A stretch of DNA of 64,000 bases from Eledone cirrhosa (GCA_964016885.1 CAXHJY010000035.1:1-64000); one strand, 5' to 3'. Positions 1 to 14,270 are shown, numbered from the stretch's first letter. Notes: generated by a model not told the origin, from the sequence alone. Numbers and translations are program-made.

Positions 1-1990
1 GTGTGGTGTGTGGTGTGTGTGGTGTGTGGTGTGTGTGGTGTGTGTGGTGTGTGTGTGGTGTGTGGTGTGTGTGGTGTGTGTGGTGTGGTGTGTGGTGTGT
101 GTGGTGTGTGTGGTGTGGTGTGTGGTGTGTGTGGTGTGGTGTGTGGTGTGTGTGGTGTGGTGTGTGTGGTGTGTGGTGTGTGTGGTGTGGTGTGTGTGGT
201 GTGTGGTATGTGTGGTGTGGTGTGTGGTGTGTGTGGTGTGTGTGGTGTGGTGTGTGGTGTGTGTGGTGTGTGTGGTGTGGTGTGGTGTGGTGTGGTGTGG
301 TGTGGTGTGGTGTGTGGTGTGTGTGGTGTGGTGTGGTGTGGTGTGTGTGGTGTGGTGTGTGGTGTGTGTGGTGTGTGGTGTGGTGTGGTGTGTGGTGTGT
401 GTGGTGTGTGTGGTGTGGTGTGTGGTGTGTGTGGTGTGTGTGGTGTGGTGTGTGGTGTGTGTGGTGTGTGTGGTGTGGTGTGTGGTGTGTGTGGTGTGTG
501 TGGTGTGGTGTGGTGTGTGTGTGGTGTGTGGTGTGGTGTGGTGTGTGTGTGGTGTGTGGTGTGTGTGGTGTGTGGTGTGGTGTGTGTGGTGTGTGTGGTG
601 TGTGTGGTGTGGTGTGTGGTGTGGTGTGGTGTGTGTGGTGTGGTGTGTGGTGTGTGTGGTGTGTGTGGTGTGTGTGGTGTGTGGTGTGGTGTATGTGGTG
701 TGTGGTGTGGTGTGTGTGGTGTGGTGTGTGTGGTGTGGTGTGTGGTGTGTGTGGTGTGTGTGGTGTGGGTGTGTGGTGTGGTGTGGTGTGTGTGGTGTGG
801 TGTGTGGTGTGTGTGGTGTGTGTGGTGTGTGTGGTGTGTGGTGTGGTGTATGTGGTGTGTGGTGTGGTGTGTGTGGTGTGGTGTGTGTGGTGTGGTGTGT
901 GGTGTGTGTGGTGTGTGTGGTGTGGTGTGTGGTGTGGTGTGGTGTGTGTGGTGTGATGTGTGGTGTGGTGTGTGTGGTGTGGTGTGTGGTGTGGTGTGGT
1001 GTGTGTGGTGTGATGTGTGGTGTGTGGTGTGTGTGGTGTGTGGTGTGGCGTGTGGTGTGTGTGGTGTGTGTGGTGTGTATAGTGTGTGTGATGTGTGGTG
1101 TGTGGTGTGTGGTGTGTGTGGTGTGTGTGGTGTGTATAGTGTGTGTGATGTGTGGTGTGTGTGGTGTGTGTGTGGTGTGTGTGGTGTGTGTGGTGTGGTG
1201 TGTGGTGTGTGTGGTGTGTGTGGTGTGGTGTGTGGTGTGTGTGGTGTGGTGTGGTGTGGTGTGTGGTGTGTGTGGTGTGTGGTGTGTGTGGTGTGTGTGG
1301 TGTGTATAGTGTGTGTGATGTGTGGTGTGTGGTGTGTGTGGTGTGTGTGGTGTGTGTGGTGTGTATAGTGTGTGTGATGTGTGGTGTGTGTGGTGTGGTG
1401 TGTGGTGTGTGTGGTGTGTGTGGTGTGGTGTGTGTGATGTGTGGTGTGTGTGGTGTGGTATGTGGTGTGTGTGGTGTGTGTGGTGTGGTGTGTGGTGTGT
1501 GTGGTGTGTGGTGTGTGTGGTGTGTGGTGTGGTGTGTGTGGTGTGGTGTGTGGTGTGTGGTGTGGTGTGTGGTGTGTGTGGTGTGTGGTGTGTGTGGTGT
1601 GGTGTGGTGTGGTGTGTGGTGTGTGTGGTGTGTGTGGTGTGTGTGGTGTGTGTGGTGTGTATAGTGTGTGTGATGTGTGGTGTGTGTGGTGTGTGTGTGG
1701 TGTGTATGGTGTGTGGTGTGTGTGGTGTGTGTGGTGTGTGTGTGGTGTGTATGGTGTGTGGTGTGTGTGGTGTGTGGTGTGGTGTGTGTGGTGTGGTGTG
1801 TGTGGTGTGTGGTGTGTGTGGTGTGTATAGTGTGTGTGATGTGTGGTGTGTGTGGTGTGTGTGTGGTGTGTATGGTGTGTGTGTAGTGTGTGTGTGTATG
1901 GTGTGTGTAGCGCGTGTGGTGTGTGGTGTGTATAGTGTGTGTGCGTCTGTGTGTATGGTGTGTGTGTGGTTTGGTGTAATGTGTTTGTAG
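1..1990. repeat. Degenerate (GT)n/(GTG)-based simple repeat (GTGTG, GTGTGTG units)
   Basis: Continuous gtgtggtgtgtg-type sequence; the C/V/W/G ORFs are translations of it. Confidence 0.97.
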
Positions 1991-2395
1991 TTTAGTATTT
2001 GTGGTGTGTAAGTGATACACATACATACATATCACATACACACGCAGACACACACGCAGACACACACATATGCGCCAGCACACATATATAAACAAAAACA
2101 TGCACACACACACACACACACACACGCGCGCGTGTGTGTGCACGTGCGCTATTACGCACGCTCCATCAAATACATGGCTGCTATATATTTCCACACTCAC
2201 ACACCCGCACACACACACTAGCTCACACAATCACACCCACACACACACACTAGCTCACACAATCACACACACACACACACACACTAGCTCACACAATCAC
2301 ACACACACACACACACACACCAATGCTCACACTCACAGACATGCGATTAAGAACATAAAGACGTGTGTATATACGTATGTTGTGCGTGTATATAT

Positions 2396-2525
2396 ATTCC
2401 GTTATAACGAAATTCACGGGATATAAAAAAATTCGTTGTAACGAAAAATTCTTTTAACGAGATCGACCGAAACAAATCGAGCATTTGTTTGTTGTTACCT
2501 CGGTGATTGAAAACATTTCGTTATA
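2396..2525. mobile_element. Fragment of a Tigger/pogo-like MITE (same family as 19268-19444)
   Basis: ttccgttataacgaaattca... is the reverse complement of the 3' part of the element at 19268-19444. Confidence 0.6.
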
Positions 2526-2556
2526 TATATACTGTCTATACAATTATATAAAACAA

Positions 2557-2588
<32 letters not shown>

Positions 2589-2592
<4 letters not shown>

Positions 2593-3003
2593 GAGGTGAG
2601 TTTTATTGTAGTACAATAAAGCAATGCAGATATCGGATAAGAAGCACTCTACAGTTTGTAGGACTGGAGTATACATAATATATAAGATCAAAAGATGGTT
2701 AAAAGAGTTCCATGTATTTTATTATGCGCATTTCAAAAACAAATATCATCATGCAATAACATTTGTGTTTTCATCAGATAAAATAGGAAGACATGATATG
2801 AAGGTTAAAAAACACTTGTGTATAGTGCAGTTTTAAATCAACATATCATTGATTTAAAACTGCACTATACACAAGTGTTTTTTAACCTTCATATCATGTC
2901 TTCCTATTTTATCTGATGAAAACACAAATGTTATTGCATGATGATATTTGTTTTTGAAATGCGCATAATAAAATACATGGAACTCTTTTAACCATCTTTT
3001 GAT

Positions 3004-3008
<5 letters not shown>
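2589..3008. mobile_element. Family A fold-back element in (TA)n, Penelope-like/retrozyme-like
   Basis: About 160-bp inverted arms (~2680-2841 and 2849-3008) around loop catatca; TA tracts on both sides; homologues at 34549 and 55769. Confidence 0.8.
2907..2973 (+). ncRNA. Minimal type I hammerhead ribozyme motif, family A (mirror copy on - strand at 2717-2783)
   Basis: ttttat-CTGATGA-aaac acaaatgttatt gcat gatgatatttgt tttt-GAAA-T-GCGC-ATA-ataaaa; stems I and II pair, palindromic loop III, AUA triplet. Confidence 0.8.
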
Positions 3009-3065
<57 letters not shown>

Positions 3066-3181
3066 AAGGCTCTGATACCATCACCACCACAAACACAGAG
3101 ATGGCTATTCAATGGCTATTATCGAAATATATATAGCAGTAAATAAAGGATTATGTGTTCATACAATTAACTTATGTTTCG

Positions 3182-3228
<47 letters not shown>

Positions 3229-3231
<3 letters not shown>

Positions 3232-3409
3232 TGAGATTCTACAGGACTAGAACTGTTTCATTCTTTAGAAATCATCAGGAATCCTGATGATTTCTAAAGA
3301 ATGAAACAGTTCTAGTCCTGTAGAATCTCATCTATATTAGAACTTTATATTCTGCAATGTATTGAGTACCTTACTTACTGTGGTTACCTCCGATTCAACC
3401 CAGAATAAC

Positions 3410-3411
<2 letters not shown>
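3229..3411. mobile_element. Family E fold-back element in (TA)n
   Basis: Palindrome centred near 3281 (catcaggaatcctgatg); homologues at 11951, 23565-24332 and 48893. Confidence 0.8.
3235..3283 (-). ncRNA. Type I hammerhead ribozyme motif, family E
   Basis: Reverse complement reads gattc-CTGATGA-tttc taaa gaat-GAAACAG ttctagtc CTGTA-gaatc; GUA triplet. Confidence 0.82.
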
Positions 3412-3451
<40 letters not shown>

Positions 3452-3667
3452 GAAGTATTTCCGTGGCAACGGTAAAGGAAAAGAGAGTGCTCTATGTAGG
3501 CTACAGAGCCTTTTAGTTATGTAATAAAGAACATAAGATAATTACTTCATTTACCAAAGGTTTCACGAAGACAGACGAGCTTTATATTTACGCCTGCCTT
3601 CAATCATCAGAAAATTCTTTCTATAGACAGGTCGATAGACAGGTTGGTTGATAGGTAGATAGATAGA

Positions 3668-4394
3668 TATGTTTCTTTTATTTGCCACCAGGGCATCAAA
3701 AGTGGGACAAGTACAAAAGGGGGAGTTTACAAAACAAGGCGTCCTCAATAAGGAGGAGGCAATAACAAAATATAAAAATAAAATAAAATATAACAGAATA
3801 AAATTTATAACAAAATCCTCAATAGAGAGGAGGTGCCTTGGGGGATCGCACACACCCCCGAAAAAAAGTGTGCAACCCTTTTACTCAGGAGCACAGAGAA
3901 GGGGTGCTCCCTTGGTCTTTCATCTTCCTCACCTATAGTCTGATGTAGAGTGAAGGCCCATTCACACGGGCCATTCTCGCCACTTTCACCCATCTTTTAT
4001 AAAAACGGCTGGGGTGCAGCACCTCTCTCTCCATCCTGATCCTTCTTCCGAAATGATATCGGAAGAAACGGACCAGTTGTTGGCCAGAGAGAAAGGTGCC
4101 TGACCTCAGTCCTTTCAGACGCGTCCACCATACAACCTCTTTCGCCATGGCTATTACGCACAGAAACACCGCCTCTCCTTCGTTTTTGAAGAGGGGCGGC
4201 GGCTTGATCGTTACAATAGACTCGGTGGTCAACCGGATCGGTCCCACCCTTGACAGCAGTTGTTCGACATAGCCCCACAGATCAGCAATGCCCGAGCAGT
4301 GTACCAATGCGTGTGCAACGGTTTCCTCGTCGCACACGCATCTGGGACAGATCTTTTTCGAGGGGTCCCTACCCGGGCATAGATAGAACGCCAA
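3668..4394 (-). mobile_element. 5'-truncated L1/Tx1-clade LINE 3' end (CCHC zinc-binding region after RT, plus 3' UTR)
   Basis: ORF 3933-4394 has CPRC..EETVAHALVHC..LW (zf-RVT-like); ends aataaaagaaac next to (ATCT)n. Confidence 0.8.
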
Positions 4395-4671
4395 ACAGTG
4401 AAGGAGGTGGTGGTGTAGAGGGTGAAATGGAGTGACATTAATTTACGAACGTCACCACATCAACATTCGTCTCAAACATCACCCCCACCTCCTCCATTCC
4501 CGTCCTCTTCCCCACTTTGTATTTTCTAAAAAAAAAAAATGTTTAATCATTTGCTATTATCAGAATTATCTCCCTTGGTTATTATTGATTTTAGATTTTA
4601 ATCCCTTCCCTCTGGAGAGTTTATGTCAACTAATTTACTGTATTTTTATGGATTTTATATCGAATAATAAT

Positions 4672-4859
4672 AATTGTTTCTACTTTTGGTACAAGGCCAG
4701 CAATTATTCCAGTGTATTACTGGTACTTTATTTTATCGACCCCGTAAGGATGAAAGGCAAAGTTAACCTTGGCCGGATTTGAACTCAGATCGTAAAGGGA
4801 CGTAACTATGCTGGAAAGCATGTCCGACGCTCTACCGATACTGCCAATTTACCAATATC

Positions 4860-4908
<49 letters not shown>

Positions 4909-4958
4909 TGTTTCTACGTTAGGCACAAGGCCAGCAATTACCCAGTGTATTACTGGTA
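4672..4958 (-). mobile_element. tRNA-derived Nin/Deu-domain SINE copies separated by (AAT)n
   Basis: Reverse complement has gagttcaaatcc (B box) and gcctttcatccttacggggtcgataaaataaagtacc (Nin/Deu-like core). Confidence 0.75.
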
Positions 4959-4968
4959 CTACTACTAC

Positions 4969-4999
<31 letters not shown>

Positions 5000-5577
5000 C
5001 GATTCGTTTATAAGCAAACAGCTTCATTATGACATGGTTTGTTTTTGTTGGCCATCGTCATCCGTTCGTTCAACAGTGACATCGAAGAACAGTCAACTTG
5101 TTTCTGGGTTATTGCCCTTTGTCATGACTGCGTACTTCTCTGCTACTCATTCGAAGCACACGCATAGGATTAATTGTACGACAACATTCCCAGCCAGAAG
5201 TCTTAGCTATGAGATCAGTGTAATTATTGTACCGACAGATTTAACATATAAAAAGGTTTAAGTATTCAGGATTTCATCAATTGAAACAGACAGTGTCCTC
5301 TTAGTTTAGCACACAAACATCCGCCGGTGTACAAGAATTCATGTCTAAGCTGGTACAGTACTGTTTCAATGTCCATGGAGAATCCGCTGGTCATCGGACA
5401 AATTCATAACCAGAAAATTCCAGACAAGGGAATGCTCGTCAGCCAACAGTCAGTTGAGAGGTTTTCCAAAATTCGACCTTACCAGTAAGGTAATGAGAGT
5501 AATAACAGTGGCAGACTTGCTAGAGTTGGCGGCATCACTTCATCAATATGGAACACTCGACTATATATATATATATG

Positions 5578-5883
5578 ACGGTCTTTATTCTCTCTCGTCC
5601 ACGATTTCACAGAACTTATGTTCATCGATTTCAGGGACTTGACCCCTTCTTCCTCACTTTTCGTTGCATTACCATCTTTGTTTGTTTACTGTCTCGCTCG
5701 CTCGTTCCCCCTATTTACGTGTCCTAACGACTTTCTTTAGCCGTTGCTCGCACCAACCAGAGGTATATGGTCTTTAAAGCGATGAAATACCAATGAAGGT
5801 TGGAAGATCACTGATGAAGGACTAAATTTATTCATATGTAACCCATTTGCAACCACGCAGCACGCCATGTTTTCATATTTTTC

Positions 5884-5885
<2 letters not shown>
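5578..5885 (+). mobile_element. Family F TA-flanked repeat (copies at ~51895-51985, ~55520-55745, ~63090-63362)
   Basis: Shared gcgatgaaat...atcactga(t/c)gaaggac...catatgtaacc...gcaaccacgcag block at four loci. Confidence 0.65.
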
Positions 5886-5914
<29 letters not shown>

Positions 5915-5915
<1 letters not shown>

Positions 5916-6528
5916 GGTGGCTGCCAACTCGTTTTCGAGTACGACCATTACTTTATATCCATGTAGGAGAACCCCTACTGATGCGCTGAACGAATGTGAC
6001 TTTTTAGTCCAGCCAGCAACTTGAAAACTCTGGTACAAACACTACACTTGTGACAATTATTAACATATAGTGCTGGGCCCATGGTACCATGTGACGACAT
6101 GTGCAGAGAGATCTCCAGAAATATACCAATGCCTGTGCCGTGAAGCTTTTATAGTGAGCAAAGGCACTGCACAAAGCCAGTCCCACTCTCTTAACCAAGA
6201 TGATATTTACCAAAAAGAAGAACAAGTCAACATCATTAGATACCATCAGGGTTGCAGGTGTTATATCAGAGTTTTCCTTCTCCTAGAATTCTGCCTTGAC
6301 AAAGGCTAAGGGGTCATCTCTCCCGGTGATTTTGGATGGCCATTGACTCTTAAGAGCTCCTTTTCCCTTTGACAGGTTTTGTTTTTAGTCCTGCAGGATG
6401 TCCAAAGTCACCCTCCTCACCAAGAAACCTTGGTGGGGTTGCCAGTTTAGTCGCCAACGACCCGACCATGAGACAGGTTGTACTGGGATACATGTTACCA
6501 GTAGCACCAACTGGTGACCTGACATAAC
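5915..6528 (-). mobile_element. Family K ~610-bp non-autonomous retroelement, probably RTE-derived
   Basis: Near-identical copies at 14750-15166, 27470-27814, 35431-36043, 36493-36740 and 36934-37543; ctaggagaaggaaaactctg resembles RTE 5'-UTR motifs; flanked by (TA)n or (CATA)n. Confidence 0.65.
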
Positions 6529-6657
6529 TACGAATATATATATATATATATACATATATACATACATATAAGGTACTTGAATCTTCAAATACTACCACTA
6601 CAGGAATTGAAGATTCAAGTACCTTAGCGGTATGTCGCATAATCAATCTCTTATATA

Positions 6658-6716
6658 TTTTATCTGATGAAAACGTAGTGAAACACCATTGTACCTTTGA
6701 AATATGTATAATAAAA
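6658..6716 (+). ncRNA. Hammerhead motif, B/C superfamily
   Basis: ttttat-CTGATGA-aaa c gta...tac c ttt-GAAA-T-ATGT-ATA-ataaaa; preceded by small hairpin 6571-6625. Confidence 0.72.
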
Positions 6717-6832
6717 TATGTACTTTGGTTATGAGAATATTTCTCATTTATTAATATTTTGAATAATATTATATATATATATATATCAATGATATTAAAT
6801 AAATGGAAACTATATTTATAAAACCATATTTA

Positions 6833-6889
6833 TTCTATTATATATATTTCAAGGGTACCAAAACTTTGGTACGCTCTCATCAGATAAAA
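6833..6889 (-). ncRNA. Hammerhead motif, family C (element ~6786-6925)
   Basis: Reverse complement reads ttttat-CTGATGA-gag c gtaccaaagttttggtac c ctt-GAAA-T-ATAT-ATA-atagaa. Confidence 0.78.
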
Positions 6890-7251
6890 TACAAAGTTTG
6901 TTTTATAAATATTGACATATCCAAAAAGGAAATCTTAACGGATCAAGTTTTTCCGGCTCAATTGGAACACTCGTCGTTGTAACCGCATTCGCGGTTCAGG
7001 TTCTTCGCGGATTTTTCTTTTCGTCATATATGTCTGTGAATTTTGATTCAGTTTGTATTATTAGTTTTATTATTAATATTATCTGTTTATTTTTATTTTT
7101 GTGTGTTCGCCTTCTCCAATCTTCTAATAGTTTTCTATCAAGATATGTGGAGCTGTAGTTATATATATATTCATACATATACAACACATGTACACATATA
7201 TATACATACAGACAGGCAGACAAATATATATTTTTCCGTGTATGATTGTGT

Positions 7252-7330
<79 letters not shown>

Positions 7331-7366
7331 CATATATATATATATGTATATATACATAGAGGTATA

Positions 7367-7418
<52 letters not shown>

Positions 7419-7454
7419 CATATATATATATATGTATATATACATAGAGGTATA

Positions 7455-7532
<78 letters not shown>

Positions 7533-7611
7533 CATATATATATATAAATATATATATACACGTTTATATTTATGCATATATGTGGATTTTAGTCTTCAAA
7601 TTTATTATTAT

Positions 7612-7677
<66 letters not shown>

Positions 7678-7865
7678 TTGTGTGTGTGTATATATGTATA
7701 CATATATATATATACATTTATATATATATATATATTTTTATGCTTTGGGAGGGTCATGTTGCCAATAACGAAATATATATATATATACGCTTATGTTTTA
7801 TCTATATATGTCTAACTGTCTAACTCTTCGTAATTCCGATATCTCTTCGATACTTCATCTACACA

Positions 7866-7914
<49 letters not shown>

Positions 7915-8263
7915 GTGTGTGTATATATACACACATATACTTACACGCATATTTCCTTTGTTATCGAATTCATTTTTATATAATTTCATTTATATAACAA
8001 TGCATTAAGACATATTTATATAACTATATAACTATATATATATGTGTGTGTGTCCGTGTATATACATATATATACATATATACGTATATGTTTCTTTTCG
8101 CTTTCTCCAGTAAAACTTTTCGAATTAACCAGACATCGTAACAAGCTGAAGGCGAATAGAAAGTTGGAAAAATGAGATTTTTCTCCTCACCATATTATTT
8201 CATTTATCATTAATTTGTAGAAAATATATATACATATACATACATAGAGACAAACAGAAAGAG

Positions 8264-8393
<130 letters not shown>

Positions 8394-8481
8394 ATCTTTC
8401 TGTTTGTCTCTATGTATGTATATGTATATATATATACACACACGCATACACCCGCCTTTATATAAATATATATATACATTT

Positions 8482-8567
<86 letters not shown>

Positions 8568-8640
8568 ATACATACATATTTATATATATATATATATATA
8601 TATTTGTATGTATCTGTATGGACATATAAACGCATATATT

Positions 8641-8701
<61 letters not shown>

Positions 8702-8725
8702 CTCTAATATTCTTTATATAATAAA

Positions 8726-8760
<35 letters not shown>

Positions 8761-9094
8761 CACACACACACATACATATACACTCACACAAACACTCACA
8801 GACAAAGTGGTGGTGGGGAGGAATACAATCTCCAAGAGAGATAGTGAAAGATATTGTTTTTTCAGAGGAAGAAATAAAAACGCCAACGGTTGAGATGGGA
8901 ATGAGATAAAGTTTTAAAACATAAATTTCCTGTTGAAATTAAGGTGAGACTTTGTTAACCAATTCATTGTTCAGCCGCTCATTGTTTTTCAAACATACTA
9001 CCTATGATTTTGCAATCATTTTAAAGCTGATCTGTGAGACGTAGCTTAACCTAAGTTCATATATATAATTACAAGAAAGGTTTTTATTTAGATA

Positions 9095-9512
9095 TTGGTT
9101 TCTTATATAGGCACAACGCCAGCAATTTTGGGGGAAGGGAAAGTCGATTAAATCGACCCCAGTGCGTGACTGGTGTCACGCATTGGGTCACGCACGGGGT
9201 CGGTAAAATAAAGTACCAGTCACGCACTGGGGTCGATTTAATCGCCCCCCCCCCCCCACAAAAAAAAAAAAACTGCTGGCCTTCTGCCCATATAAGGTTG
9301 ACTTTGGCTTTCATCCTTACGGGGTCGATAAAATAAAGTACCAGTAATGTACTGGGTATTTGCTGGCCTTGTGCCTAACGTAGAAACAATTATTTTATCT
9401 GAGTTCAAATCCCGCCGAGGTTAACTTTGCCTGTCATCCTTACGGGGTCGATAAAATAAAGTACCAGTAATGTACTGGGTAATTGCTGGCCTTGTGCCTA
9501 ACGTAGAAACAA
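9095..9512. mobile_element. Rearranged cluster of Nin/Deu-SINE fragments with an internal inversion
   Basis: Same SINE core and tail in both orientations; inverted gtcgattaaatcgaccccagtgcgtgactggt. Confidence 0.7.
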
Positions 9513-9892
9513 TTTTTTTTTTTTTTTTTCAAATTTTTGGTTGTCAAAATTATGGTGCATCTTCGGTGCCGGGAAATACGGTAGCTCTCTTTCTAAAATG
9601 GACTGTTACTTTGAATATCGATCTCGAACACACGATAAGATGATGTCGACTTCAGCCGGATTTTAACACGGAGCACAGAAAGTCAGAACGAATTTAACCA
9701 TAAAATATTTTTATCCGACGTTTCAACGGGATATTTCGCCGCCATTGCGTCACTCGTCAGTTTCTATAGACAAAAGAGAGAGATTATGTCGCCTATTGAT
9801 ACTTAACTGAGAAGAGCAATGATAGATTTCTGTTATCGATCTCTTCCCCTCCCTCTCTCGTCTTTTAACGGACCTTCTTATATATTTATACA

Positions 9893-9962
<70 letters not shown>

Positions 9963-10360
9963 CACTGCTTGCTACTGTTGAATATGTTTATCGTTGTTAA
10001 TATTCACTGAGCGATAGATCGATAAATCGATATATTCAATGATTGAATGAAATGATTCGCTATTTTATTGACTTGTTTCAATCGGTTGCTCGGTTGCTTG
10101 ACTGGTTTTCGTTGGTTTATGTCCACTGGATAGTCGGATGGTTGGATGGTTGGATGGTTGGATGGTTGGTTGAATGGCTGGCTTGTTTGATTGGATGGTT
10201 CCATGGTTGGTGGACGGTTGTTTGCCTAGTTGGAAGCCCTGTTGGTAGGTTAGTTGCATGGATGGTGGGTTGGTTGACTGGCTGGTTGGATGGATGGTTG
10301 GTTGGGTGGTTGAATGGTTGGTTGATGGTTTAGTTCGTTGATTTGCATATTTACATGCTT

Positions 10361-10397
<37 letters not shown>

Positions 10398-10511
10398 CAT
10401 ATATATGTATATATATATATTTATACATATATATATATATATACAATATCGATACATATATATATATATATATACATATATGTATATATATATATATATA
10501 TATGTATCTAT

Positions 10512-10813
<302 letters not shown>

Positions 10814-10876
10814 TATATGTAGATATATATATATGTATATATATATGTATATGTTTGTATATATATATATATATAG

Positions 10877-10909
<33 letters not shown>

Positions 10910-11239
10910 TACGCGTGTTTGTGTATATGTGTTTAGGAACAGTTTCAGAGCAGCATGTCACCAACATGGCAGTATGAACGACAACCAGCCTTTTGTTATT
11001 GGCTAATGAGTTGATTAACTAATTAATTAGTTATTTAACTAATCAACTAATTAAATAATTAGTTAATTAATTGGTTTGTCAAAGACACTTCATCTTACAC
11101 GACCCTGGTTATGTCCGCCGAGCAGGTCATACCTCGTGCGACTTCCTATATAAACACACACACTTATTGTGAGTGTGTTTGTATATATATGTATATGTAT
11201 ATGTATATATATACATATATATATATCATATATATGTAT

Positions 11240-11423
<184 letters not shown>

Positions 11424-11429
11424 GGTATA

Positions 11430-11489
11430 TATACCTGATGATGTCACCGTATTCATACTGAACCCGGTCATTGAAATGATCCTAGTATA
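11430..11489 (+). ncRNA. Hammerhead motif, single-copy family, slightly degenerate
   Basis: tatac-CTGATGA-tgtcaccg...cggtcatt-GAAA-T-GATC-CTA-gtata; perfect 5-bp stem I, palindromic loop III; short island in (TA)n. Confidence 0.62.
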
Positions 11490-11532
11490 ATAAACCTTTC
11501 AAGGATTTACACCAGAACAGCCTCCTGTTATT

Positions 11533-11605
<73 letters not shown>

Positions 11606-11896
11606 TTGTGTTTGTGTGTGTGTGTGTGTGTTTGTGTGTGTGCCATGGGCCACTGCAGTATTTTAGGGGCCAATCTAAGAGAAAGAATAAATTTTTTTTA
11701 AAAGAAATAAAACAATTAAGCAAAGCATTTGGTCAATCAATTCGCCGGGGAATTCCTAGAAACCAAAATATACGATCGTGCAACTAGCTGGAATCAGTGG
11801 TTGTACATTCTACTTAATCTAAAGCTTAGTGTATTCATTCATGCATGGAAACATACGTACAAGCAGAACCATACACACAAGCATATATATATATAT

Positions 11897-11950
<54 letters not shown>

Positions 11951-11954
<4 letters not shown>

Positions 11955-12145
11955 TTAATATAGATGAGATTCTACAGGACTAGAACTGTTTCATTCATTT
12001 GAAATCATCAGGAATCTCATGATGATTTCAAATGAATGAAACAGTTCTAGTCCTGTAGAATCTCATCTATATTAAAACTGTTATACTCTGCTATGTATTG
12101 AGTACCTTACTTACTGTGGTTTCCTCCGATTCAACCCGGAATAAC

Positions 12146-12147
<2 letters not shown>
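11951..12147. mobile_element. Family E fold-back element; intact hammerhead on - strand at 11967-12017
   Basis: Reverse complement reads agattc-CTGATGA-tttc aaat gaat-GAAACAG...CTGTA-gaatct; loop II differs from the 3235 copy. Confidence 0.8.
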
Positions 12148-12199
<52 letters not shown>

Positions 12200-12203
<4 letters not shown>

Positions 12204-12512
12204 GGTATATATTGAGTTAGGAACTCAAAATAGTCTCTTACAACAAAATAGCTCTAAGAAAGAGATATTTCTGAGCCGTATATTATAATAGAATACAAAA
12301 GAAAAAACAAACACAGATATATAGATATATGTATTTAAATCGTAAGGGACCTGATTCACTAAGGTTTATTTTCTTAATTTGTTCTTAAATTGAGACAAGC
12401 GAACCCAATTGTCTATAGTTTGTATTCTTTTCACCTTAGCGAATCAGGTCCCTTACGATTTAAACGCATATATCTATATATCTGTGTTTGTTTTTTTCTG
12501 TTATATTCTATT
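12200..12512. mobile_element. Family I fold-back element in (TA)n (single-arm homologue ~29478-29617)
   Basis: Inverted arms tttaaatcgtaagggacctgattcactaaggt and accttagcgaatcaggtcccttacgatttaaa. Confidence 0.65.
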
Positions 12513-12622
12513 ATATATATATATATATATATACTTACACACGAACTACTGACCAAATAATATTTGGTATCAATGAGTTAAAGACTGTCAAATCAATTAG
12601 TGGTGAAGGTGGTGTTTATATG

Positions 12623-12737
<115 letters not shown>

Positions 12738-12979
12738 TGAGTGAGTGTGAAAGACCAAAGGTCATTATTGAAAGTCTTTGGATTTTGCAAAATACATATT
12801 TTTTACTGGAGAAGCTAAGATATTTTTCCGCAAAAATTTGATTGCACTGTTTTGTTTCCACTTATGTATTTTTCGAAAATGTTATTTATTCATTATAAAA
12901 ATTAAATGATAGCATTCTATATGTAGGTGGGCCCCCTTCATCTCCTGGCAACCAATATTTTTAGACACAGTCCGCCACT

Positions 12980-13014
<35 letters not shown>

Positions 13015-13021
<7 letters not shown>

Positions 13022-13385
13022 GTAAGTATGTATACGTACATACATATATGTATACAGACGTACAGTAGTATGGATATATATTCATACATCCACACATATA
13101 TATATGCACGTATCGGTTTACCGAACATTTATTATAATGCTCCGTTTGTTTGTTTGTAAACAAACAAACAGCCCGAATTACGCCGTACAGTGTTTAGGCA
13201 ACTACGTCACCTTTTTGTTCAACACTGACACAGGAACGATGTACTAGTTTCATATATATACACACTACTGTACATATATACACACTACTGTACATATATA
13301 CATACTACTGTACGTATACATACATACTTACATTTAAGTAAGTGCCGTACTAGGAGTGAGAAATGAAATTTCGTTTCATTCTATT
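13015..13385. mobile_element. Family H partial fold-back copy
   Basis: Homologous to 21640-22625; - strand shows GAAACTAGTA-catcg at ~13237-13251. Confidence 0.7.
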
Positions 13386-13387
13386 GC

Positions 13388-13429
<42 letters not shown>

Positions 13430-13611
13430 CGAAGGAAATGTGGTAAGGAACCAGGTGGACCATAACGCACCAAAGTACTCAATACTTGAAGTAGTAGAGT
13501 GGGTAATAGGAACCAGTAAGACCCCGACAGCTGAGCTCAAGCCGTTTCGACGGCTAATTCAGAATTAGCCGTTGAAACGGCTTGAGCTCAGCTGTCGGGG
13601 TCTTACTGGTT

Positions 13612-13647
<36 letters not shown>

Positions 13648-13667
13648 CATACACATATATATGTATG

Positions 13668-13739
<72 letters not shown>

Positions 13740-13759
13740 CATACACATATATATGTATG

Positions 13760-13819
<60 letters not shown>

Positions 13820-13839
13820 CATACACATATATAGGTATG

Positions 13840-13899
<60 letters not shown>

Positions 13900-13919
13900 C
13901 ATACACATATATAGGTATG

Positions 13920-13959
<40 letters not shown>

Positions 13960-13984
13960 CATACACATATATAGGTATGTATAA

Positions 13985-14015
<31 letters not shown>

Positions 14016-14035
14016 CATACACATATATAGGTATG

Positions 14036-14107
<72 letters not shown>

Positions 14108-14110
<3 letters not shown>

Positions 14111-14250
14111 TCCTGGACCAGGTGATGCGTTATGTCCTTGAGCAAGACACTTTATTTCACGTTGCTCCTTCTACCTGGAGTTGCGACCGGTAGATAGTAC
14201 AAGCAACTGGAAAGACCGACGAAAACATTGCTTCCTCGGTCCGATTTGAC
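14108..14250 (+). mobile_element. CORE-SINE fragment
   Basis: tgtccttgagcaagacactttatttcacgttgctcc resembles the CORE domain; related to 49820-50225. Confidence 0.55.
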
Positions 14251-14270
14251 GAAAGTCGATCGACTTTTTT

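Noticed and set aside
1-1990. Telomeric repeat
   Set aside because: No TTAGGG-type unit; this is an irregular GT/GTG simple repeat
6004-6646. Repeated short ORFs (MVSNDVDL..., MLGPWYHV...) as a gene family
   Set aside because: They recur only because family K copies are near-identical; they overlap on both strands and show no recognisable domain
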